DNA of 64,000 nt. Origin: Balanoglossus misakiensis (Eukaryota > Animalia > Hemichordata). The stretch is from contig CM082581.2 in the NCBI GenBank assembly GCA_040954595.2, positions 3,216,699 through 3,280,698 of the forward strand, given 5' to 3'. A model generated the notes under the pieces. It was given only the letters and a program-made list of their open reading frames with translations, did not search any database and was not told the origin of the DNA. The position numbers and the translations under genes are program-made. Every line of letters begins with the position of its first letter. Positions within the stretch are counted from its first letter, which is position 1. Shown here one piece after another: positions 11,696-22,000 of this stretch.

Positions 11696-14600
11696 GTTTT
11701 TCTAAAAGATCTTTTTCAAGATTTAATACAGTGTATTACAGATCCAAATGCTTCGATTATATGGGGTGGAGATCATAATTTAGTTTTAGATATCAGTAGA
11801 GATAGAAGTGGGGGTAACCCCAAAATTTGGAAAAATTCCTTAGATCTTGTACAGCAATATATGGAATCGTTTGATTTATGTGATGTTTGGAGGATTTTTC
11901 ACCCAGATATTGATGCTTTCACTTGGAAACGTTTTAATCCAGTATTGGTGCAAAGTAGGTTAGACTATTTTCTTGTAAGTAATTCAATCTTTAATGAAGT
12001 ATTTGAAACAGATATCATTCCTTGTATTTTTTTCAGATCATTCGGCAATTTTACTGATTGTTAAATATGAGCATATGCTTAGAGGCCCCTCTTATTGGAA
12101 GTTTAATACAAGTTTGTTGCATGATGGGAAATACGTTGATTTGATTCATGATAATTTCTCAGTTTGGGTGCAGGAAAGTTCTGCATTACCTAATCCTTCG
12201 AGTGTTTGGGATTGGTTGAAGTACAAAATTAAAGAGATCACGATGAAGTATAGTAAGCAAAAAAGTAGAGCACGTAAAGAAAAAATCAAAGATCTTGAAA
12301 ATATTCTCCAGTATTTAGAGGAGCAACTAGCTTCGAGTCCTTCTGAAATTTCTATTACTCATTACAATACTGTGAAGCAGGATCTCCAAGTAGAATATGA
12401 TTATGTTACAGAGGGTGCAATTATTAGATCCCGAGCAAACTGGACTGAGTTAGGAGAAAAAAATACAAAGTATTTCTTTCAGTTGGAAAAAGCCAATGCG
12501 GTTAGAACCCAAATTAATTATTTGATAAAGTCAGATGGAGAAATGGCATATTCTACAAAAGAAAAAAATTTAGTTATTAAGTCTTTTTATCAAGACCTTT
12601 ATTCTTCTACTTTGAGGGACAGCGAAGCAAATGCGAATTTTTTTCATTTACAGAAATTTTTTTTAGATTCTATTAATATCCCAAAGCTTGATAGAGAACA
12701 AGCAGGACTAGCGGAAGGGAAAATTACTATGGATGAGGCATATGAAGCTGTGAAATCTTTTCCTGCCAACAAAACCCCCGGGAATGATGGTTTACCAGTA
12801 GATTTCTATAAAACTTTTTGGCCACTGATTGGTTCATATGTGTTAAATTCTCTGAATTACGCTTTTGACTCGGGGCATTTCTCTATTTCACAGAGGCAAG
12901 GGGTTATTACATTATTAGAAAAGCCGGGAAAGGATAGGAGATATATTCAGAATTGGAGGCCTATTTCCTTGCTCAACTCCGACTATAAAATTGCAACAAA
13001 ATGTTTGGCAAAAAGGATGGAATCGCTTCTCCCTTCCCTCATCCATGAAACTCAAACCGCTTTTGTTAAAAACAGATTTATAGGTGATACAATAAAATTA
13101 GTAGAAGGTATTTTGGATTATACTGCAGAAAAAGATATCCCTGGGATTTTTTTAACAATCGATTTTGAAAAAGCTTTTGATAAGTTGGAATGGTCTTTTC
13201 TTTTGAATGCTTTAAAAGCCTTCAACTTTGGCCAAAATTTTATTCATTGGATTGAAGTTTTGTATACCAATATTTCAAGTTGTGTAATGAATAGTGGTCT
13301 TAGTACAGGATATTTTCTTCTCTCTCGGGGAGTAAGACAAGGTGACCCAATATATCCTTTGTTATTTATTCTTGCTTTAGAGATCTTTCTTATCTCTCTG
13401 CGGGCTGAAGGAGATATAAAAGGCATTAAGGTTGGAGATTATGAGATAAAAAATGCTTCCTACGCTGATGATCTGACATGTTTTTTAAGTGATGTTACTT
13501 CAGCCAATAATCTTTTCGATCTTTTAAAGGATTTTAAGTGTATTTCTGGTTTAACAGTTAACAGTGGTAAATGTGAGGCTCTGTGGTTAGGAAAAAAACG
13601 TAAGTGCACTTCAAAACCACTAGGTGTGAAGTGGCCTGATGGCAAAATTAAAATAGTGGGTATCTATATCTCCTATGATAAAAGTAATGCAGCCCGTCTA
13701 AACATGGCAAAACCCACAGAAAATTTGAATAATTGTCTTAAATTTTGGAAGATGAGGGATTTAACTCTGTTAGGGAGGGTGCAAATTATTAAGAGTTTGG
13801 GTATCTCTAGGTTTTTATATATTCTTAATTTGACGGAGCCTCATGTTGACCATCTGAAATATATAAATAAACTTCTTTTTAAATTTTTATGGAAAGGGCC
13901 AGACAAGATTGCCAGAAAAACTGTATTTGGTAGTCTAAAGGATGGTGGCCTAGGTATGCCTGACATTTATACAATTTATAAAGCGCAGAGAATTAATTGG
14001 CTCCGTAGATATTTGGACGTTGAATTATCTCACCCATGGAAATTATTTTTGACAAAGAAACTCAAGTCAGTAGGTGGTATTAAGGTACTTTTAAAATGTA
14101 ATTATGATTTGAAATATTTAAATGTCACTTTGTCAGACTTTGAATTGAGTATGTTAAAGACATGGAGGGAGTTAAATACAATGTTTTTTTCAAATAAGCA
14201 TTTTTTGAACCAGAGTATTTGGAACAATAGTCACATTTTAATAGGGGGAAAGAGTGTTTTCTATAAGGATCTTTATGATGCTGGTTTTTTCTATGTTGGG
14301 AGTTTATTTGATAGAAATGGGAAAGTTCTCAACTGGGATAATGTGTCAACTAGAATTCCCCATTCTGCTTTCATTAGATGGTGCAGTATTATTTATGCTC
14401 TCCCAAGAGAGTTTACAGGAAGTGTTGATATGTCAAACTTTAATTTAGTAAATCAAGAAGAGGAAATCAGTGTTGGTATAGAGGATACTACTTATAGTTT
14501 GAAAGAATGTGAAACAAAAATCATCACACCTCTGATTATTTCAAAATCCTTTATTCCCCCTAAAGCACAACTTTATTTTGACTATGTATTGAATACAAAT

Positions 14601-15226
14601 ATTCTGACATGGGAAAATATTTACAAACTCCCGTTTAAACTTACCTTGGATGTCAAAATTAGAGAATTCCAGTGGAAGTTGACTCATAACATCCTCATGA
14701 CTAATTACTATTTAAACACGATGAAGCCTGAGGTTGCTCCTTCCTCTGTATGTACATTTTGCAAAAAGGATGACGAGACTATCTTACATCTGTTTTATAA
14801 CTGTGAGTTTGTTATTGGATTTTGGCATAGAATTTTTAATTCCTGTGGAAGATATTTTGGTAACCTTTCCTTCCATTCCATGACTGCTGAACAAATTCTC
14901 TTTGGAGATAGTACTCTATCTTTGTTATGTAACTTTCTCATTTTGACTGCTAAGAGATTTATTTACATTTGTAGATGTGATAAAAAACTACCATACTTCT
15001 TTCATTATAAATCTTTCCTTCATGGCATTTATAAGGTAGAGTTATTTATAGCCAAACGTACTGGAAAACTAGATAAACATGTAAAGAAGTGGGAAGACTT
15101 TAGACATATTTTTGACTGATCGGTATTGTAAAGGAATACAAAAATATCACATTTTTTCCAGCGTTTTTTGTTTTTGTATCTGTACTTGTCTTTGTTTTTT
15201 TGACTGCAAAAAAAAAAGTTATAAAT

Positions 15227-15249
<23 letters not shown>
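11696..15249 (+). mobile_element. 5'-truncated L1/Tx1-clade non-LTR retrotransposon with poly(A) tail and TSD
   Basis: TSD AAATTAATGAAACGTTT at 11679-11695 and 15250-15266; AATAAA then poly(A) at ~15223-15250; begins inside the AP endonuclease (WGGDHNLVLD..SRLDYFLVS..SDH). Confidence 0.95.
11994..15119 (+). CDS. LINE ORF2 (end of endonuclease, reverse transcriptase, C-terminal zinc-binding domain)
   Basis: 1041-aa ORF with KTPGNDGLP, NWRPISLLNSDYKI, IDFEKAFD, GVRQGDP, YADD and CTFCKKDDETILHLFYNC. The upstream endonuclease part (11696-~12030) is in another frame, with a single frameshift at the T run near 12027-12033. Confidence 0.93.
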   Translation: MKYLKQISFLVFFSDHSAILLIVKYEHMLRGPSYWKFNTSLLHDGKYVDLIHDNFSVWVQESSALPNPSSVWDWLKYKIKEITMKYSKQKSRARKEKIKDLENILQYLEEQLASSPSEISITHYNTVKQDLQVEYDYVTEGAIIRSRANWTELGEKNTKYFFQLEKANAVRTQINYLIKSDGEMAYSTKEKNLVIKSFYQDLYSSTLRDSEANANFFHLQKFFLDSINIPKLDREQAGLAEGKITMDEAYEAVKSFPANKTPGNDGLPVDFYKTFWPLIGSYVLNSLNYAFDSGHFSISQRQGVITLLEKPGKDRRYIQNWRPISLLNSDYKIATKCLAKRMESLLPSLIHETQTAFVKNRFIGDTIKLVEGILDYTAEKDIPGIFLTIDFEKAFDKLEWSFLLNALKAFNFGQNFIHWIEVLYTNISSCVMNSGLSTGYFLLSRGVRQGDPIYPLLFILALEIFLISLRAEGDIKGIKVGDYEIKNASYADDLTCFLSDVTSANNLFDLLKDFKCISGLTVNSGKCEALWLGKKRKCTSKPLGVKWPDGKIKIVGIYISYDKSNAARLNMAKPTENLNNCLKFWKMRDLTLLGRVQIIKSLGISRFLYILNLTEPHVDHLKYINKLLFKFLWKGPDKIARKTVFGSLKDGGLGMPDIYTIYKAQRINWLRRYLDVELSHPWKLFLTKKLKSVGGIKVLLKCNYDLKYLNVTLSDFELSMLKTWRELNTMFFSNKHFLNQSIWNNSHILIGGKSVFYKDLYDAGFFYVGSLFDRNGKVLNWDNVSTRIPHSAFIRWCSIIYALPREFTGSVDMSNFNLVNQEEEISVGIEDTTYSLKECETKIITPLIISKSFIPPKAQLYFDYVLNTNILTWENIYKLPFKLTLDVKIREFQWKLTHNILMTNYYLNTMKPEVAPSSVCTFCKKDDETILHLFYNCEFVIGFWHRIFNSCGRYFGNLSFHSMTAEQILFGDSTLSLLCNFLILTAKRFIYICRCDKKLPYFFHYKSFLHGIYKVELFIAKRTGKLDKHVKKWEDFRHIFD

Positions 15250-15257
<8 letters not shown>

Positions 15258-15630
15258 GAAACGTTTCCATCACCAGTCACATTAATTATATATGTTTGAA
15301 TGATTCGACGATCAAATTTGTATATTCTGTCGCAGTTTACAGGAAAATCTTTGTTTCTATCTCCCTGTCCAGTAACACTGAATCGAAATTTGCGACATCT
15401 TACCCCTTTCTTGAGCCTCACTAATAGTGACGTCATTTAGTTTGGCAACAGCCGATGTTTCTTCATCATTACCGTTCTCTTCCTGTCCTTCCACCTGAAT
15501 GGAATGACGTAAATATCATTTCATTATTGGAGAAAGTCGAAAATGTTCATCTTGACAGTAGATAGGGGGCTCACGTAGATCAATGTTAGGCGTTTTATAT
15601 GAAATCGTGCTTCGTTACACTTCACTTTAA

Positions 15631-16134
15631 AGGCACGTAAGCTGTAACTTTTGGGATAATTTTCATAATTTTTGTTTCATACTGCACTACCATTAGTCCA
15701 TGCAGATGAAGGCAGTGAACTATACACAAGCATTATAAACCCTAAATATGAGTGCATATGCAAGTTTTAACCAGATAAATAATAAAGCTTTGCCGCAAGC
15801 GATTATGGCCGCCACCGTGGGAAAATGAAAGAAACAATGAAAATGTCGCATTTCCGGCTGTGAAACTTCATAAACAAAACATGATCTTATCCACTTGAGC
15901 TCATGGAAGTAAATGTACACCACTGAGACATCAGATTTTCATTTTTCATTGCAATATTGCACTTTTTTAAAAATTTCAGGAATTTTCGTTTTTCTTTAAT
16001 TTTTGACCATTTTGTCATAAATAAGTGTTGAGCTTGATATATTATCATGAAATAGCATTTAATAGATATAATTAAAAGCATATATGAGATTATTTAAAAC
16101 TTTAATTTTTTATCCAGTTGCAGCTTACGTGCCT
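15631..16134. mobile_element. TTAA-flanked MITE (Kolobok-like)
   Basis: TTAA|AGGCACGTAAGCTG...CAGCTTACGTGCCT|TTAA. Reverse-oriented relative at ~40511-40950 and a fragment at ~49390-49505. Confidence 0.85.
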
Positions 16135-17800
16135 TTAACCTGTTTCTTTTATTCACGTAATTTCTCGTACGATTCTTGTAAAATTAAATTAGACAAACCA
16201 TATTTATTAATAAAGAAATATGTATTTGTATATTATGCCAAAAATCATCATCATCATCATCAACAACAACAACAACAAACAAACAAACAAACAAAATCGC
16301 GGAGGGAGAGGCCCCTGTGGTGTAATGTTTGAAATCATCAGGTAGGAAATGTACCGGGGTAGGCGTAACCGTGCCGTTACATAACAGACATCGAAAAAGA
16401 AAAACAACTCAAAACGAAAAAAGGAAAAGAAAACGGTCGACATCACTAATCTCATTGAAGGAATTGAACCAATTAAAATGGCGTTATGACTTGGTGGATC
16501 AGTAAAATCAAGATATAAAGGAAGGTTGACATTCTAGACGTGCTCTTGGGCAAACCGCTTTTAGTACCCCCTGCAGAAAAGAAAAGAAAAACAGGACGAG
16601 AACACAGGCTGAAAATGGAAACTGGACTACGAATTCACGAGTCAAACGTTGTCCTGCTCTTATACAGAGACAGGCTCGCAGAACATCACTATTAAATGCG
16701 ATAAGACGTAATGCGGTTATGAGGGCGGAATCCATCATATCAAACACAAGTGGTGAAAAACTATTTCTGTTCAAACACCACGAAGAAGGTTTCGATGACT
16801 CGAACTTCTCTCGGAATATTATACATAGGGTAAACTCCGGTTTCGTGACGGTGTATAGCTTTATGAAATGTTCAATCTTTACCTTGTCAGCAAAGCCTGT
16901 ATATGAGCAACGGACATGACTTTTTGTTGGCAAATGAACTCGAGTCTGGACTGGCATTCAATTAAACGATAAGTCTTATCACCAAATGGCTGTTTTAAAA
17001 ACAAAACAAAATACTAAGCCATCTCGACGTTTTAAGGACTTGAACAAGAAACCACAGTATACGAAAAAATAGCTTACAGTTGGAGTTAGTGGAGCTTTAT
17101 CTGTTATCGCATAGACAGTGTATGGTTATCGTTAGGTTTTGCTGAAGATAAGCGAGTTTGCGTTCGTTATATTAATCGTGTCAACAAATTACTGCAAATT
17201 ATTAAAGACACCCTCTGTTTTGTTTTATGTTATTATCTCCACGTTTAGAAATGGAAAGCCAAGAAAAACACAATTTCAGACGATTAATCAAAATTTAATG
17301 ACAGAAGAGGTGTCACCCAATAAAATACAATGTAGTGGAACCTTAAGGCAAAATAACCCAAACGTAAAAGGACTGATTGCCAGTCTAATTTATACTTTCC
17401 GCCAGAAATCTTGTGCGTCATGATGAACATGAAAGATGAAAATAGTTGGATTATATCCTGTCAAATTTATTGATCCAGTAAATTGCCAAGTACTACTAGA
17501 ACGTCACATTCCGTATGTTCGAGCCAGGCCAAGACGTTCAAGAAGGCCCACTGTACATGAACAAACCAGATTGTGGCCAAACTTCCATGACTTGGATTTG
17601 TACAATTTTTGTAAGCCAAATACCTAACCTGCCATTTGGGTAGAGGTGCCTCAGAAGGTCATCTGGCCAGTTTAGTCTCCTGATGAGCAAGTCCAGTGAC
17701 TCACGAAACAATGTTGTAGAGATTGTATCGCCTTACTTTATATTCCGCTCTACTTTAGTATTGAGCACTTTGTATTGGACCAGTTGAACCGCATACTTCC

Positions 17801-17880
17801 TACGTACGTACGTACATACATACATACATACATACACACATACATACATACATACAGACAGACATACAGACACACACACA
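17801..17880. repeat. (TACG)/(TACA)/(CA) compound microsatellite at the end of a Helentron/HINE-like fragment
   Basis: tacgtacgtacgtacatacatacatac...cacacacaca. Confidence 0.8.
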
Positions 17881-18043
17881 GGGTAAAAACACATGACACA
17901 CATCTTCCATCAGTAATTACTATCAAACAGCCCAGTATGTCTATTTTTCCCCATTCACTCACTACTCTGCAGAATATGCTTGGGTAATTTTATTTCCTTA
18001 AAAATAAAATTTTAAAATTCTCATTCCTTTCCCTTTGATTTGA

Positions 18044-19068
18044 CTATAAAAACACCTCAAAACATCCTGAGCTCCAGTTTTCCCCCTTGAGATGTTCCAG
18101 CACAGGTTTAGGGAGATGCTTAAGCAGTTGTTTTGCTGCCTTATCTTTGTGTTTCCTGGTGTAGATCACTGACACAACAAAGACAGGATCAATGGACTTA
18201 TTCTGCATTCCAACTCTGATATTATGACACTCATGTTCACTGTTCATATTGCTGGTAGCACTGCTAGCCGAGTAGACAGTTGCATCACTATGGTAACTAT
18301 ACAGTTCTTCATCATACACGTCAGTGAAGCGATACAAATGTACTGTTGAATTCATAAACACCTGTGCTTCAGCTGTAGAATGACAACTGGTGCTGTCAGA
18401 TCCATTACTATGCACAGATGCTGGAGTTGCACTCCTACTCTCCACTATAGGAGGAGCCTCTGTATCTGACAGAACTAGTCCACCATCACTTTCTCTCTGT
18501 GCATCCTTCATGTTGACACTCTTCATCTTTCCAGTATTAACTGTGCTGTAATCAGTTACGTTATTGACAGACCCAGTTGCATGTTTTTCATTGGAGATGA
18601 CTTTGGCTGACTGGGGATGATTGTCACAACCTTCAAGTTCTCCCGCTGCAGACCGACCTTCACCCCTCAAATCCAAGTTCACCGAAGTCTGTGCATCAAA
18701 TTGGCTGCTCTCATAACCCTCTTGTGAAGATACAACAACAGCCTGACAAGGAGTAACAGTTGTTAGTGTCACAGTATTTGATGTTCCTGAAGTCAACATT
18801 GGTGAAACATTTCCACTTGTTGGCATGCAAACAGCATCTTGTTCACTTGCAACTGTATGTTGCAACTGTAGTGGTCCTTCACTGCAGTTGTTGTCATCAT
18901 TTGTGACTGAAATGGCTGCGGTACTCCCTTTCTTCAATGCATTTGTCTCAGAGACAGAACTTGTCCATTTGCGTTTATCCGGCTGACTTGGATGGGTGTG
19001 TAGTGATATCTCTGGATATGGAGAGCTTGACGGTGATGCGCTTTCTGGTCTGGAGTTCTCTAGTTGAT
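18044..19068 (-). CDS. Last exon of the MUN-DEP gene (Ser/Thr-rich insert, DEP C-terminal strand, terminal helix)
   Basis: Within ORF 18044-19156; acceptor TTTCAG before 19068 in phase 1; contains VFMNSTVHLYRF and VSVIYTRKHKDKAAKQLLK. Confidence 0.85.
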
Positions 19069-22000
19069 CTGAAACCAGTGTAAAATATTTGTCAATATGC
19101 AAGCAACCCTGATAAAATTTAAAGTAAGACTTCCAAGGTATCCTAAATTCAGTCATATTATTCCCTTTTTCGTGATCTTTGGAGGCTACAAATTGTTAAC
19201 AATGGAAAAGATGCTGAAAGCCTATCTGTGCCCTTGAACTTTTGTACTAACAATGTAGAGTGTATATGGTGATATGACAGAACTTCATGACCTCCGCGCG
19301 CGATCTGTGCCGTCATGAGTGATGCTTGTGAAATTACAGCAGAATACACCACATCACATATGCAACAATGTCTTGCCTTCAATTTACATTTTCACACTCC
19401 ACAATGTATACAATTGTTTTCCTTCGTATTGTAAAAATGTAACTCAGCTGTCTGCACCCACCCCTGCACGCTGTTGTGGGCTATTGAGTTTTGTTCGTAC
19501 TTTGCTGTTTTTGTTTTTATATATAATTGTTTTGTTGTTGTTGTTGTCGTGTTGCTGTTGCATTGGTTAATTCTTGATCTGTTGTTCCCTCCAGCAAGCT
19601 GTTGGTAACAGCATTACATAAAAAACCCATGTAGCAGGGCCAGGGATTCGGATTAAGGTCGTGTTGTACGTTTTTTTATTGGAAGTGGTTGACATGCCTA
19701 ATCACTGTGTAACTTGTGCAGTGATATGGGGGGGGGGGGGTCACACACACACCATTAAGATGGTTCTGAAACCGGCCAGACCAGAGCCGGAGTAATGATT
19801 AATACCTTTCCACAACCCATTGTCTATGGGGCTGAGCCTCATCACCTATACATAAACTTTATGTGTGTGGACACGAGCGACTCAAAGAATTAATGCTCTG
19901 TGTTTACGATAGGCAAATCGTGTCTCAAATTTTACCCTGTGTGAACCTAGTATTATTCATGCGGGCCGGTCTTTGAACTTGAACTTCAAATGGTTTTAGT
20001 GACGAAACTGTGATTAGCAAGCAAGCGTGGTCGTCTAACACAATCAATCGGGTATATCCATTATAGACATTGATCTGACAAGCAATAAAATATGTCAAGT
20101 GCTGTATAAGCCTAAAAGTATGATGATAAACGTGACCAGTGACAGACTAAAAATTATATAACTTGGACACAAAACATTTCTGCACATTTAGAATCATCAT
20201 CGCATAAAATGGTACAGTCCAGCAATGCGCTCTGTGTAGGTCGATCGACCTGTAAGCGTACGGGCAGAGCAACCCCCTATCACGATTGCAATCAAACACT
20301 GGCTTGACGTGACAATCCTCTCCGGCCGAATTCAAAAACATGTAATTTTCACAAATGTAAAAAATACACCCATCTGAAATCATTGATAATCATTAGCGGT
20401 GAACAATGTTCTGTAATGACTGCATTTTTCTCATGTCTCTGGTGCGGGGCGCGAATTTGCGTATAGCGTTGAACGAACCATGAACGAATGATCTCACGAT
20501 CTGGAATGCGAATAGTGTCCTGCCACTACATGTAGCCGCAAAAATACATAGATTTAGCTGGTTTATTCCGTTTCAGCTTTATGTTTTGCATAGATAGTAT
20601 TTGGAAGAAGTGGATGTTTTTATACAAGTGGAGTCATTAGCATGGGATGTCAATTGCCAGTCTGTGGTGTGAGGTCTCATTTCATTTCTTTGGCCGTATC
20701 ATGGGAGCTCCGTGGCTGTATGATCACTAAGGGCCATTGATTCCAGTCATTTGTGGTAGAGGAAACTCAAGACATTATCTATGAAAGTCTTGGTTAAAAC
20801 GTATTCAGTTGGAGATCGAGGAAAACTTGGCAATGCCTTGGTATTATGATTGATGTTGCTTTTCCGACTGCTGATTACTATCATATGAAATACAGTTTAG
20901 TAGTAACAGCCTCCAACAAGTGGGCAACAAATACCATATGGCACATGGGAGCATAAAAGATTTACCTGCTAGAGTTGAGATCACAGTAACTGTTGGATGT
21001 ATGACATTGAGATCTAACAACCTCTGCGCTAACTTCATTGCCTTGTCTACACTACTGTGTGTATCTTCATTGCAATGTGCTCCCATCTCTGAAATTTTCA
21101 AGGAAAATTAAGAAATTTTTGGTCAGAAGCATTTACCTTGTTTCAACAGCAATTATATATTAGTAAATACTATGTCAAAACAGAATTCTCATTTGAAAAG
21201 TCCATTCCAATATTTACCATGTTCTGTGTAATTCTTCAAAATCCAATCTATCAACTGTGTGCCAGTGAAACACTTTCGTATGTTATGCAGATCACGTCTC
21301 ATTCTTTGTAGTAACTCTCTGGAGGGTTCGTGAAGACTGTTGTTACACCTTGGTCCATTTTCTTGATCCTACAAAGTACAGAAAGTTATAAAAGATAAAT
21401 TATTGTCAATGAACAATGTGTCATCTAAGCAGTGCGCCAAGATTTGCACATTTTTTTCTGCAGAATTTGATGTAATCCATCGTGACCTCGATGCATCCAT
21501 CAAAGGTCATCTGCAGTTTTGATAAAGAAATCCCAATTCGTATACCCAAACAGTCAATGTATAGTGCCTCTCTGTCCATTGAAGAATGAGGTATTTTGTT
21601 AGTTTTAAGTTGTTGAAGACACCCCTTCACAGCATCGAAGACTTGATCAATTCAGAAACACTAAAACTCAGACACACCAACACAAAAAAGAGGACTTCAC
21701 CAAGCCATCCACAAAATATTTAGTGGAAATGCTATCACTGATTCTACAAAAAAAACCACTTTGAATTCAACAGATAATTAATTCTGCAATCAAACTTGCG
21801 GCTGCAGCATTGGCTCAAATGCCTCACCCGAATTAACCTATATTACATTTCATGAACTCAAAATGTAAATCAACTCAAGAAAACAAATATCTAATCCATT
21901 TTAAGAACAAGTGACCTATTGGTCAAAAGAGCTCTGCTGACTTTAACAGTGTAACCTGGGCAATGATATGAATACAGAATACCATAGGTTTTAATTTATA

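Larger units (their letters stand above)
9118..15495 (-). pseudogene. Probable N-terminal, charged low-complexity exon remnants of the kinase pseudogene
   Basis: Short AG...GT-bounded blocks at ~9118-9200 (SGSDRDGDNGTVVLNDKEVLSSRIL), ~10041-10198 (EKQINGIEEEGSARRESFL..), ~10513-10620, ~10729-10900, ~11090-11199, ~11557-11658 and ~15403-15495 (VEGQEENGNDEETSAVAKLNDVTISEAQE); several contain stops. Linkage to the kinase exons is inferred from strand and order. Confidence 0.5.

Noticed and set aside
12020-12040. Programmed frameshift in LINE ORF2
   Set aside because: L1-clade ORF2 is normally one frame; a homopolymer indel or sequencing error is more likely.
16508-16957. 149-aa minus-strand ORF as a gene or first exon of the kinase
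   Set aside because: No recognisable motif and no splice link I could establish.
21421-21850. Possible LINE relic in intron 25 (KGCLQQLKTNK)
   Set aside because: Too degenerate; no diagnostic RT or endonuclease motif, and no C2-like exon seen there either.
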